Shown piece after piece: positions 18,787 to 28,304 of a stretch of 64,000 nucleotides of DNA. This DNA is from a bacterium (GTDB lineage: Bacteria; SZUA-182; DTGQ01). The notes under the pieces are model-generated. The model worked only from the letters and a program-made list of their open reading frames with translations, was not told the DNA's origin and ran no database searches. The translations under genes and the position numbers were made by a program. The DNA is taken from positions 64,561 to 128,560 of the forward strand of contig JBFLZW010000031.1 of the NCBI GenBank assembly GCA_040755755.1, read 5' to 3'. Numbering within the stretch: the first letter of the stretch is position 1; the number at the start of each line of letters is the position of its first letter.

Positions 18787-19968
18787 GTGTTTCATATCGC
18801 CACTGAGGATGAGATCAAGGCCGGGGCGGTCACGGATGTTTATTTCCAGCGCACTGAAGAAATCCTGCGGCATGAAGGGATCAATCACCAGGTTGTAGCC
18901 GAGGTGACCATGAAGGATGCTTCCCCAGGATGGAATTGGGGGATTCTGGCCGGCACGGAAGAAGTCACCCGCCTGCTGGAGGGGCTGCCGGTCAATGTCT
19001 GGGCCATGTCCGAAGGGACCCTGTTTGGCCTGGAGCAGCCGGTTCTGGTCATCGAAGGGAAATACCTTGATTTTCTAAAGTATGAAACCTCCCTGCTCGG
19101 CCTCCTCTGCCAGGCTTCCGGAATCGCCACCAAATCCTCCCGCTGCCGCAAGGCAGCCGGAAACCGGATATTAGCCAGTTTCGGAGCACGCAGAATGCAC
19201 CCCGCCATTGCTCCCATGATCGAGCGCAGCGCCTTTATCGGCGGATGTGATGGCGTGGCGGTAATCAAGAGCGCCGAGCTCATTCATGAGCTGCCGGTCG
19301 GAACCATGCCCCATTCGCTGATTCTGATGCTTGGAGACACCGTCAGCGCCTGTCGTGCCTTTCACGAAACCATTGACCAGCAGATACGGCGGGTAGCCCT
19401 GATCGATACCTTCTGCGATGAAAAAGAGGAGGCCCTTCGGGTAGCCGGGCAGCTTGGTCAGAACCTGTTTGCCGTTCGTCTGGATACCCCTTCCTCCCGC
19501 CGGGGCAACATGCGGCAGATCCTTGAGGAAGTCCGGTGGGAATTGAATCTGCGGGGCTTCCAGCACGTTAAATTATTTGTCAGCGGAGGGATCGATGAGC
19601 GCAGGATCCTTGAGCTCAACCCGGTGGCTGACGCCTATGGCGTGGGGACCGCCATCAGCAACGCCCCGGTTTCGGATTTCGCCCTCGATATTGTAGAAGT
19701 CGCAGGCAAGCCGATAGCCAAACGAGGGAAAAAATCTGGCCGGAAAACGGTGCTGCGATGCCCTGACTGCTTTCAGACTCAAGTCCTGGCCGCAACCGCT
19801 GAAGGCCTCGGCATTGCTCAACAGGAAGTCATCTGCTCCTGCGGAACCCCTCTTGAACCCCTCCTCACCCCGCTCATCCACCAGGGAAACGTAGTCCGCC
19901 CCCTTCCCTCACCCCAGGAAATCCGCTCCTTCGTCCTCCGGCAACTTGAGCAGGTGACGTTAGTCTAG
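18787..19968 (+). CDS. nicotinate phosphoribosyltransferase (archaeal/short type) with C-terminal Cys-rich segment
   Basis: N-terminal DEIKAGAVTDVYFQRT... and a central PRTase barrel. The C-terminus carries CPDC...CSCG, a putative Zn ribbon. GTG start with AAGGAG RBS. Confidence 0.7.
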   Translation: MFHIATEDEIKAGAVTDVYFQRTEEILRHEGINHQVVAEVTMKDASPGWNWGILAGTEEVTRLLEGLPVNVWAMSEGTLFGLEQPVLVIEGKYLDFLKYETSLLGLLCQASGIATKSSRCRKAAGNRILASFGARRMHPAIAPMIERSAFIGGCDGVAVIKSAELIHELPVGTMPHSLILMLGDTVSACRAFHETIDQQIRRVALIDTFCDEKEEALRVAGQLGQNLFAVRLDTPSSRRGNMRQILEEVRWELNLRGFQHVKLFVSGGIDERRILELNPVADAYGVGTAISNAPVSDFALDIVEVAGKPIAKRGKKSGRKTVLRCPDCFQTQVLAATAEGLGIAQQEVICSCGTPLEPLLTPLIHQGNVVRPLPSPQEIRSFVLRQLEQVTLV

Positions 19969-20581
19969 GTAGTGTATGCAAAGCCTGTAATTTATGTTAA
20001 GTCTTTGATATAATGAAAGTATGGAGAAGAACAACAGAGGAGAATTAACCGATGGACAATGGGAGAGGCTGAAGGCATTGCTTCCCCCACAAAAACCAAA
20101 GACAGGGAGACCTGTGGCGTAAGGCTGGTGTCTGGGACAAGATATTTTCTGTCCTCCAGGCACAGGGTGAGGCTCAAGGTGCTATAGAGTGGGAGGTGAA
20201 CTTTGTTGATAGCACCATCATCAGAGCCTACCAGCATGCGGCTGGGGCAAAAGGGGAGACCAATCCACAGAGGCTCTTGACTACAGCCAGGGGGGATTCA
20301 GCACCAAGGTACACCTCAGATGTGGTTATGAGTTTACCCCAGGAGGTATAAGGAATCTCCAGAGGTCGGAGTAAAGATTTTCCCACAAGCTGGTTCAGCA
20401 AGGAGAGAGGTCTATACTTTATCCCCTGCTGCTAAGGCCACCTCCCTTTCAGGGACTCACTTGTGTTCGCCGCCTTGACAGCGCTTTCGTTTCGCGTAAA
20501 GGGCTGCTCAAGTGGTGCAGAGAATTTTCTTTATCGGTGGCTATGGAAACCCGTTTACCACTGAGGCTTTGCATACACTGC
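19969..20581. mobile_element. non-autonomous IS5-family element (613 bp) with intact terminal inverted repeats and CTAG target-site duplication
   Basis: Inverted ends gtagtgtatgcaaagcct (19969-19986) and aggctttgcatacactgc (20564-20581) match at 17 of 18 positions. Both are flanked by CTAG (19965-19968 and 20582-20585). The interior holds only transposase fragments. Confidence 0.7.
20021..20350 (+). pseudogene. IS5-family (IS427/IS1031-like) transposase, N-terminal fragment, frameshifted and truncated
   Basis: ELTDGQWERLKALLPPQKPKTGRP reads in one frame and WRKAGVWDKIF...VDSTIIRAYQHAAGAKGE in the next. The DSTxxRAxQHAAGA signature is present but the catalytic core is absent. Confidence 0.65.
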
Positions 20582-20627
20582 CTAGAAACAGTAGGAATAG
20601 GGAATAAAGAAAAGTTTATATGAAGTC

Positions 20628-20897
20628 ATGTTCAAACATTCAACCATTGACTTACAAAAATTAGAAAAAGGAGGATTAAAAATGGTTGATAGCATTGATG
20701 TCCATGATTTACCGGAAGAGGAAGTTAAATTTATTCAGGAATTCACAGAGTTTATAAGACAGAAAGTAAGGAGCAATAAAGTGCAAAAAGGAGAAGAAGG
20801 GATAGAAGAAGAGATAACAGAAGAAAAAGCCCTTACCGCCCATTCTTCAAATGTAATTGGTAAACTTACGAGAAGAGAAATCTATGACTACCTCTAA
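20628..20897 (+). CDS. type II antitoxin partner of the downstream PIN toxin (probable true start 20682, strong GGAGG RBS)
   Basis: Small acidic protein whose stop overlaps the start of the downstream PIN gene. No recognisable DNA-binding family is apparent from the sequence. Confidence 0.5.
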   Translation: MFKHSTIDLQKLEKGGLKMVDSIDVHDLPEEEVKFIQEFTEFIRQKVRSNKVQKGEEGIEEEITEEKALTAHSSNVIGKLTRREIYDYL

Positions 20898-21327
20898 TCT
20901 TGCACTCTTGGATAGTAACATTCTCATTTATAGACATCAGGCTCTTTCGGAGTTTCACACCAGGACAAGAGCACTGTTAAGGAAAGGATTTAAAGGTGAT
21001 TTGCTTCTTGGTATCTGTCCTCAGGTTCTCAATGAATTTTATGCGGTAATTACCAATCCCAGACGGGTGACCGATCCTATATCGCCAGCAGAGGCGGTTA
21101 GAGAAATTGAGACATACATTAAAGCTAAAAATATCATAAAAGTATATCCTAAAGAGGATATCTTTGATGTAACTATCCATCTCTTGAAAACCTATAAGAT
21201 CAACGATAGAGATATTTTTGACCTGCAATTAGTGGCTACGATGATCTCTAATGATATTACCTGCCTTTATCCATATAACCAAAATGATTTTTCCAGATTT
21301 AAAGAGATAGAAGTATTAACACCGTAG
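20857..21327 (+). CDS. PIN-domain ribonuclease toxin (VapC-like); probable start ATG 20884
   Basis: LALLDSNILIY supplies the first acidic residue. PIN-like residues occur at ...NEFYAV... and FDLQLVATM. The gene is coupled to the upstream small ORF. Confidence 0.75.
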   Translation: MVNLREEKSMTTSNLALLDSNILIYRHQALSEFHTRTRALLRKGFKGDLLLGICPQVLNEFYAVITNPRRVTDPISPAEAVREIETYIKAKNIIKVYPKEDIFDVTIHLLKTYKINDRDIFDLQLVATMISNDITCLYPYNQNDFSRFKEIEVLTP

Positions 21328-21399
21328 ATTATAGACTTTCTCCCCGTTGGTTGCCTTAACCGTCCACAAGGAAAGCGGTATCGTGCTGCCGCAGTCCAA

Positions 21400-21419
21400 A
21401 GCGGCTGCCGCTGCTTTTT
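21400..21419 (+). terminator. candidate rho-independent terminator after the PIN toxin gene
   Basis: Stem agcgg-ctg-ccgct followed by gcTTTTTg. Confidence 0.35.
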
Positions 21420-21496
21420 GCCTTGTTCGTTTGCAAAAAGATGAGGAACCTGTGCCTGGCAAGGAGGATTGAACCCTTACCTTACCCCATCCCCCT

Positions 21497-23281
21497 CTAA
21501 CAGCTCCACTGCCCGCGGTTTCTGATGGCCTGGAAGCGGTGCCAGATCTCAATGAGGAACCAGTTTTTCAGGATCCATCCGATATTCATCCGCAGCAGGC
21601 GGGTGGGCCATTCGAGCTCTTTTTTCTCACAGATGGTGTTTTCACTCAGCTTGCGGACCCTGGCTTTGAGCTTCTGCATTTGCCGGTCCCGCTCGGCATC
21701 GTCGGATATCAGCATGATGTCGTCGATCTCCTTCATGGCCTTGATGGCCAGTTGCATCCGCTTCTCCGTCCGCTCGGCCTTTTTCGGATTTATCAGGCCA
21801 TAGCGGGCCTTCAGGCGGTTGAGGATCATTCCGGCCTCATAGGAGCTGTCGACGATCTCGCTTCTGGTCATCCACCTGGTTTCGTAGCTCAAGACATATT
21901 TCCAACTGGGGCTTTCCATTGCCCGGCGATGCTCTTCCACCGTGCGGCAGAGGATTTTGTAGCCGAATTTTTCGGGATCCTCGTAGGCCTCGCTCCCCGG
22001 ATCGATAAAGGGGGCATAGGGAGAGATAAAGGGGATCAGCCGTCTGGTATGGCCAAATCGTTCCAGCAACAGGCGGCAGTAGTCAACGGTGTTCAGAACC
22101 GACTGATAGGTCTGCTTTGAAAGGCCGATCATGAAAAAAAGGTCGATGCGCCGGCAGCCAAGGCGCAGCGAGGTATCGATCATCCGCTCCAGTTCCTCGT
22201 TGCCGTAGGGGCGGCCAAAGGTCCTTCGGACCTCTTCATCGTGGGATTCAGGGGACATTTCGATATTGAAGTTTGGCACTGCATCGGCTATCATTTCGAG
22301 GATATCGTCGGCGGGCGGGACAAAGAACTCCACGGCTACGGGATTGCGGATTTTCTGTTTCTTCAGCTCCTTCAGCAGCCGCAGGGCATACTGACGGCCC
22401 GGCTGCATCATGTCGCCGATGATGATGATCGGGGCATTCAGGTTGTTGTCGATGGTCTTCATGTCCCTGGCCAGCAATTCAGGATCCCGGTAGGCGGGCT
22501 TGGGGCGGTTGCAGTTTTTCCGGAAGGCGTAAGCCGCTCCTCCGCAGGTCCGGCAGGTGTGGGTGCAGCCCCGGACATTGAAAACCGCCGTAGCAGGATA
22601 GTTCAGCCAGTTCTGGTAGGGAGTATATCCGTGGAGGTCACGGTATCGCATGACCTTTTTCATGATATGGGAATAATCGATTTTAATGTCGTCAAGATCG
22701 GCCGGTACATTGGTCAGGGGATTGACCTGCACCTTTCCCTGACTGTCCCGCCAGGTGAGGTTGGGAATATGGTCAACCTTGGGGGCAGTGTGGCCATCGG
22801 CTTCCTTGAGCGCCGAGATGAGCTGGCGCAGCGGCTCCTCGGTCGAGTCTCCCCGCATGACGTAGTCGATCTGGGGATAGCAGCGGATCAGTTCTTCATG
22901 GAAGTAGGTGGAAGAAAGCCCTCCGAAGATAACCGGTGTTGCGGGATGGTATTTTTTTACAATCTCAGCCAGAGCAAGACTCCCCTGGACATGGGGCATC
23001 CAGTGCAGGTCGATACCGAAGATGCGGGGATGGAGGTTTTTAATCTCCTCTTCCACATTGTATCGTTTGCTTCGCAGCATCTTCAGGGCGATGTTGATGA
23101 TCCGGACATGGAATCCGAACCGGCTGAGGTATTCGGAAATGCTGGTAAAGCCGATCGGATACATCTCAAAAACCGGTGTCGAAGGAACCAGATCGCTGAT
23201 GGGTCCAAAGAGAATGGCTTTTTCTCGAAAATCATAAACGGTTGGCGGATGAAGCAATATCAAATCTGCTTCCTGTCTCAT
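21497..23281 (-). CDS. B12-binding domain-containing radical SAM protein (class B-like), function unknown
   Basis: N-terminal Rossmann-like B12-binding region and a radical-SAM CxxxCxxC motif (CTHTCRTC). 594 aa. The start overlaps the selB stop by 4 bp. Confidence 0.8.
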   Translation of the reverse strand: MRQEADLILLHPPTVYDFREKAILFGPISDLVPSTPVFEMYPIGFTSISEYLSRFGFHVRIINIALKMLRSKRYNVEEEIKNLHPRIFGIDLHWMPHVQGSLALAEIVKKYHPATPVIFGGLSSTYFHEELIRCYPQIDYVMRGDSTEEPLRQLISALKEADGHTAPKVDHIPNLTWRDSQGKVQVNPLTNVPADLDDIKIDYSHIMKKVMRYRDLHGYTPYQNWLNYPATAVFNVRGCTHTCRTCGGAAYAFRKNCNRPKPAYRDPELLARDMKTIDNNLNAPIIIIGDMMQPGRQYALRLLKELKKQKIRNPVAVEFFVPPADDILEMIADAVPNFNIEMSPESHDEEVRRTFGRPYGNEELERMIDTSLRLGCRRIDLFFMIGLSKQTYQSVLNTVDYCRLLLERFGHTRRLIPFISPYAPFIDPGSEAYEDPEKFGYKILCRTVEEHRRAMESPSWKYVLSYETRWMTRSEIVDSSYEAGMILNRLKARYGLINPKKAERTEKRMQLAIKAMKEIDDIMLISDDAERDRQMQKLKARVRKLSENTICEKKELEWPTRLLRMNIGWILKNWFLIEIWHRFQAIRNRGQWSC

Positions 23282-25245
23282 GGTGCTTCCCTTCTTTTTT
23301 TCAAAATTCTTTTATCCCCCAGTCTCATAGTCAAATTCGAAGTGTCGAAATATTCGAGCAGAGCAATAGCGTACTTTCTGGAAAATCCGAATAAATCCTT
23401 AAACTCGGCTACCGAGATATCAGTTTTGTGCTGAAGATAGCTCTGCAGCTTCTGCTGGATCTGCGACAGGGCCTGCTGATGAAATAACAGTCCTTCTTTC
23501 AGCTTGATCAATGTGCCTTCGTCGATCAGGTGCTGGATCAGTCTGGCAACATCGATGCCGGACGCATGGCAGGTCTGTGCCACTTCATCGAGGCCCGGAG
23601 GCTGATAGCCTGCCTGGCGGCACATGTCCAGGATTTTGGCTTTCTGTTTTTCCTCCTCCGGGGTCAATCTGATCTGGTGAGTAGACAGGCTCAGGGTTTT
23701 CTCCTGGACAATGATTTTCCCCTGCTCCAGCAGCGAGGAAATGATCCGGGCATACAGCCGGGAATCAAGGTCCGGATGCAGGCGGACTTTCAGCTCCTCC
23801 CTGGACATTCCCGATTTCAGGGCAAACCGCTGGTGAAAGCTGGTCAAGGTGTCAATTGCCGCACTCACCAGGCCGTGGAAGACCTCCTGATGAATGACCC
23901 ATTGGTCGAGCGGATCGATGACAACAATCCGCTGCTTTGCCTGCAAATGTCCAAGATGACCGGCTATTCTGTCCTGATCGAGATTGAGGCGGGTTGTCAG
24001 ACGGGCATTGTTGATTCCCTGGATTCCCGCCTGACGGACGATGAATTCAAGGCGCGTCAGATCATCTCCCTCTTCCAGAATACGGAGCCCAGAAAGGACC
24101 GCCGCATCAGACCGCCGGTGCCGGGATGGAAGGTTGTCGATGATGTTTCCGCCTCCGATGGTGATGACCGGAGAATAGGAGCGCACCACAAAGCGGTCTT
24201 TGGCCATCAGGGCCAGGGGGGATTCGAGCTGGAATTGAACCAGGGCCTCCTGACCGGGTGCAAGCTCCTCCTCCTTGTCGAGCAGGACCGCTCTGGCCAG
24301 CACCTCCGATGTTCCGGCATGAAACCGCAGGCGGGCCCGGTTCTTCAGCGGATGAGGAGCGGACGGGAGAAGGGAAATTCGCCCGTCGAGAAGATAGGAG
24401 GCCTGCAAATGGGAAGGCAGTGATACCACATCCCCGCGGGTCAGGTCTGCCTTTTCCACGCCATGCAGGTTAATGGCCACCCGCTGTCCGGCCAGGGCCT
24501 CTTCCACCGACTGGTTATAGACCTGAATTCCCCGGATCTTGGCCTGTTTCCCGCCGGGGAATATTTCAACGGTCAGGCCCTTTTTCAAAGTCCCCGATAA
24601 GAGCGTACCGGTAACTACCGTCCCGAATCCTTTCATGGTGAATATCCGGTCAACCGGCAGCCGGCAGATACCTCCCGGATTCCGGGGCGAAACGCTTTTG
24701 GCCAGTTCTTCAAGGCCCTTGAGCAGAGCCGGGATCCCCTGGCCGGTCGTGGCCGAGACCGGAAAGATGGGGGCGTTTTCCAGGAAGGATTCCCGGACAA
24801 AACTCCTGACATCATCAAGGACCAGCTCCAGCCACTCCGGATCAACCATGTCTGTCTTGGTGACCACCACGATCCCCTTCTGGACCTGGAGCAGACGGCA
24901 GATATCGAAGTGCTCGCTGGTCTGGGGCATGACCCCTTCATCAGCGGCGATAATCAGCATCACCGCATCGATGCCGGTCACTCCGGCCACCATATGCCGC
25001 ACAAACCGCTCATGACCCGGCACATCGACAATGCCAAGGCGCTCTCCATCCGGCAGGTCCAGATGGGCAAATCCCAGCTCGATCGTGATTCCCCGCTCTT
25101 TTTCCTCCTTCAGCCTGTCCGTGTCAATGCCGGTCAAGGCCCGAACCAGGGTCGTTTTCCCATGATCAATGTGCCCGGCGGTCCCCAGGATAATCCACTT
25201 AGAGTCCATCCCAAAGCTCCATTCCAAATAAAGAAAAGACACCAC
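23278..25245 (-). CDS. selB: selenocysteine-specific translation elongation factor SelB (probable true start ATG 25209, MDSKW...)
   Basis: GTP-binding motifs [16 protein letters not shown] and TKTD, with a long C-terminal winged-helix extension. The ORF's 5' end is a GTG with a weak context, whereas ATG 25209 has a GGAG RBS. Confidence 0.9.
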   Translation of the reverse strand: MVSFLYLEWSFGMDSKWIILGTAGHIDHGKTTLVRALTGIDTDRLKEEKERGITIELGFAHLDLPDGERLGIVDVPGHERFVRHMVAGVTGIDAVMLIIAADEGVMPQTSEHFDICRLLQVQKGIVVVTKTDMVDPEWLELVLDDVRSFVRESFLENAPIFPVSATTGQGIPALLKGLEELAKSVSPRNPGGICRLPVDRIFTMKGFGTVVTGTLLSGTLKKGLTVEIFPGGKQAKIRGIQVYNQSVEEALAGQRVAINLHGVEKADLTRGDVVSLPSHLQASYLLDGRISLLPSAPHPLKNRARLRFHAGTSEVLARAVLLDKEEELAPGQEALVQFQLESPLALMAKDRFVVRSYSPVITIGGGNIIDNLPSRHRRSDAAVLSGLRILEEGDDLTRLEFIVRQAGIQGINNARLTTRLNLDQDRIAGHLGHLQAKQRIVVIDPLDQWVIHQEVFHGLVSAAIDTLTSFHQRFALKSGMSREELKVRLHPDLDSRLYARIISSLLEQGKIIVQEKTLSLSTHQIRLTPEEEKQKAKILDMCRQAGYQPPGLDEVAQTCHASGIDVARLIQHLIDEGTLIKLKEGLLFHQQALSQIQQKLQSYLQHKTDISVAEFKDLFGFSRKYAIALLEYFDTSNLTMRLGDKRILKKRREAP

Positions 25246-25307
25246 ACAGACACAGAGACACAGAGAAAAGCACAGGATGTCGCGGTGTCTTTATCTTTTT
25301 CAAGGTA

Positions 25308-26750
25308 TCACCTCGCATCGCTTCCCCACTGTTCGAGAATTTGTCTGCCTGCCTGGATAATCTCCGGCACATCCTCATCCTGAATGGTCCGCAGGCTCAA
25401 AAGAAACCGTCCATGATTGATGCGCCCCAGAACAGGAGGCTGATTCAGGCGAAACCGCTCCTCGAGCTGGTTGATTTCTTTTCCGGATGAGGAGATGGCC
25501 ACCGAAAGGGAAGGAATGTTGTGCAGGGGAAAGGAGCCGCCGCCCACCTGGGCATCGTCATCGACCATCTCGATACTGACAGTATCATCATCATGCCGGT
25601 CTGAGGCCAGACCTTCCAGTATCCGTCTCCCCCGCTCCTCAAGCTGCTGACGGGAGGCGGTGATCATGCGCAGGGTGGGAATTTTCTGCAGAACGTCCGG
25701 TTCCCGGTACAGCTTGAGCGTACTCTCAAGAGCGGCCAGGGTCATTTTGTCAGGCCGCACAGCCCTGGTCAGAGGATTTTTCCGCAGAAGTCCGGCATAT
25801 TTTCCCCTGCACAGGATAATCCCTGCCTGCGGCCCGCCCAGGAGCTTATCGCCGCTGAAGGTTACAATCTCTGCCCCCTGCTGAATGATCCGGGAAACAA
25901 GGGGCTCATCCAGCCCGTAAGGGGAAAGGTCGGCCAGCATGCCGCTTCCAAGGTCGCAGATGACGATCAGCCCCCGTTCCTTACCCAGGTGAACCAGTTC
26001 CGGAAGGCTTGTTTCTTCCGTGAAGCCCACAATCCGGAAATTACTGGGGTGTACTTTCAGAATGGCTGCACTGTCTGATGTAATCGCCTGCCGGTAATCC
26101 TCGATGCGGGTTTTATTGGTGGTGCCGACCTCCACCAGCCTGGCCCCTCCCTTTTTCATAACCTCCGGAACCCGGAAAGATCCGCCGATTTCTACCAGCT
26201 CTCCCCGGGAAACGATTACTTCCCGGGATTCGGCCAGGGTATTGAGAACCAGCAGAACCGCAGCCGCATTGTTATTTACCACCAGAGCATCTTCTGCGCC
26301 GGTCAGATGACAGAGCAGCCGGGTGATGGAATCCCCGCGCTTTCCCCTCTTTCCGGTCAGGAGGTCATACTCGAGGTTCGTGAAGCAACTGGCCGCCGTG
26401 GTAACCCTTTCCACCGCCTCACCGGCTAAAACAGCCCGTCCGAGATTGGTATGCAGAATAATCCCCGTAGCATTGATCACTCTTCCCAATTCAGCATACT
26501 GGGTTCTCTGAAAGTACAGGTCCACTTCTTCCAGGACAGAGCTTGCCGAAACCCGGAATTCTTCAAGCTCCTGCGGGCTGGTACAGGATAAAATCCACCC
26601 TCTTTTCCCATCAAGAACCTGCCTGATCCCCTCAACCAGAATCCACCTGGGATACCAGGAAAATCTTTCCCCCCTGGCTGCGGCATGGTGAAGGATTGAT
26701 TCCACCGAAGGTATCGATCTGAGGCAGGCAGTTTGCAATTCACTCAGCAT
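25308..26750 (-). CDS. selA: L-seryl-tRNA(Sec) selenium transferase
   Basis: Overall SelA architecture. The PLP-lysine region ...SGDKLLGGPQAGII... is present. 480 aa. Confidence 0.9.
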   Translation of the reverse strand: MLSELQTACLRSIPSVESILHHAAARGERFSWYPRWILVEGIRQVLDGKRGWILSCTSPQELEEFRVSASSVLEEVDLYFQRTQYAELGRVINATGIILHTNLGRAVLAGEAVERVTTAASCFTNLEYDLLTGKRGKRGDSITRLLCHLTGAEDALVVNNNAAAVLLVLNTLAESREVIVSRGELVEIGGSFRVPEVMKKGGARLVEVGTTNKTRIEDYRQAITSDSAAILKVHPSNFRIVGFTEETSLPELVHLGKERGLIVICDLGSGMLADLSPYGLDEPLVSRIIQQGAEIVTFSGDKLLGGPQAGIILCRGKYAGLLRKNPLTRAVRPDKMTLAALESTLKLYREPDVLQKIPTLRMITASRQQLEERGRRILEGLASDRHDDDTVSIEMVDDDAQVGGGSFPLHNIPSLSVAISSSGKEINQLEERFRLNQPPVLGRINHGRFLLSLRTIQDEDVPEIIQAGRQILEQWGSDAR

Positions 26751-26895
26751 ACAAGCCTGTAACAGTCAGATAATTAATTCATAAGGTGCCGGTAAATGTC
26801 AGTAATTACTTTTGGGACTATTCGTCTTATCTATAAAGGTATCACAGCCCGGCCAAAATCTCAAGGCTTGATTTGGAAGTCCCTGGAAAGTCTCA

Positions 26896-27963
26896 TCAGG
26901 CATCCGAGCGGCTTTCGCGCTCCGGCGGCATCAAAATATGATGCTTTTTCATGAAATATCCCAGGTTCCTTCGGTCAATTCCCAGCAGCTTGGCTGTTCT
27001 GCTTTTAACCCAATTGGCCCGGTCAAGGGCATTGAGGATTATGATTCTCTCGTACATCAATAACTGGTTTCGTAAATTAAGATCCTTGGCCAGCAGCTTC
27101 CTGTCCATCGGGATGCTTTCAGTCGGAGAGACCGCAGGCTGGTGATTCTCCCTGATATGGGCAGGAAGAATATCCGGATATATTTTATCCCTGCTTTCGA
27201 TAATCATGGCATTCTCGATAACATTTTTCAATTCCCGGATATTGCCCGGCCAGTCATACTTTACGAGCAGTTCCATAGCCTCGCTGGAAACTCCCTTCAC
27301 TTTAGTCTCCATTTCATTGCTGTTATGCTGAATGAAATGCTCCAGCAGGGAAGGGATATCCTCACGCCGATCTCTCAGGGGAGGAAGAAAAATAGTAATG
27401 ACGCTCAGCCGGTAATAGAGGTCTTCGCGGAAGGTTCCCTTTTGAGCGGCATCCTTGAGAATGACATTGGTCGTGGCGATAACCCGGACATCCACCTTAA
27501 TGGTTTTACTGCTTCCCACCGGCACGATCTCGTCTTCCTGGAGCACACGCAACAGCTTGGCCTGTCCGGCCAGCGGCATATTTCCAATTTCATCGAGCAG
27601 TATGGTCCCTTTATTGGCCAGCTCAAACCGGCCCTTTCGATCCGACAGGGCACCGGTATAGGATCCCTTCACATGACCGAACAGTTCACTTTCCAGCAAT
27701 GTCTCGCTTAAAGCCGCGCAGTTCACCTTGATAAAGGGCCGCCCATTCCGTAAACTGTGCTTATAAATCGCATTAGCCACCACTTCCTTGCCTGTTCCGC
27801 TCTCGCCCTGAACCAGTACTGTTGACTTTGTCTTGGCAATGATTCCAATCAGGCGGCAAATCTCTTTGATCTTCTCGCTCTTACCGATGATATCTGCTTG
27901 AACGTAATCCTGACCCATAATCAATACATCCCCCCGATCAATGTGAACAGGTTCCAGTTTCAT
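26896..27963 (-). CDS. sigma-54-dependent transcriptional activator lacking any sensory/receiver domain (PspF-like architecture)
   Basis: AAA+ core begins about 30 aa from the N-terminus (GESGTGKE, GSYTGA, ESELFGH). C-terminal HTH. 355 aa. Confidence 0.9.
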   Translation of the reverse strand: MKLEPVHIDRGDVLIMGQDYVQADIIGKSEKIKEICRLIGIIAKTKSTVLVQGESGTGKEVVANAIYKHSLRNGRPFIKVNCAALSETLLESELFGHVKGSYTGALSDRKGRFELANKGTILLDEIGNMPLAGQAKLLRVLQEDEIVPVGSSKTIKVDVRVIATTNVILKDAAQKGTFREDLYYRLSVITIFLPPLRDRREDIPSLLEHFIQHNSNEMETKVKGVSSEAMELLVKYDWPGNIRELKNVIENAMIIESRDKIYPDILPAHIRENHQPAVSPTESIPMDRKLLAKDLNLRNQLLMYERIIILNALDRANWVKSRTAKLLGIDRRNLGYFMKKHHILMPPERESRSDA

Positions 27964-28131
27964 AAGGGATCTTTCTCGCGCACCTCCATAAGGTGAGCAA
28001 ATCCTATGCCAGCTTAAATTTTATCCCCCCCGCTCATTTTTATGCCCATAGGTGACTATAATTCTTCAGACAATCTATCCGACCTCATGAGGCTGCACGG
28101 CGCTCCAGACAACGGGAGAGAGCCGCCTGGC

Positions 28132-28165
28132 ATGAAATAGATTTCATATATGAAAATATTTTCAT
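28132..28165. promoter_or_regulatory. two adjacent 16-bp palindromes (ATGAAATAGATTTCAT; ATGAAAATATTTTCAT) in the divergent intergenic region; a third related palindrome GAAATAGTATATTTCC lies ~20 bp downstream
   Basis: Direct reading of 28131-28200. All three share the ATGAAA/TTTCAT half-sites. Confidence 0.4.
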
Positions 28166-28304
28166 ACTAGTTCAGAAATAGTATATTTCCATTCATAGTG
28201 GCATTTTTACGAACTCACGGCTATCTTATCTGTTGATTTTCTGATCTCGATACGATAAACTAGAGTATTCTGATAGTATACTTTTTTCCCTTAACGCGAG
28301 GAGC

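Noticed and set aside
22241-23434. 397-aa plus-strand ORF spanning the radical SAM / selB junction
   Set aside because: It is antisense to two genes with strong motifs (CxxxCxxC and GTPase G1-G4). A real gene could not span two conserved genes on the other strand.
25245-25245. GTG at 25245 as selB start (ORF-track 5' end)
   Set aside because: ATG 25209 has a GGAG RBS 8 nt upstream and the protein then begins [19 protein letters not shown], like other SelB proteins. The GTG lies inside an intergenic hairpin.
28197-28215. TGGCATTTTTACGAA as a possible sigma-54 promoter for the NusG-like gene
   Set aside because: The -12 element lacks the conserved GC dinucleotide at the correct spacing.
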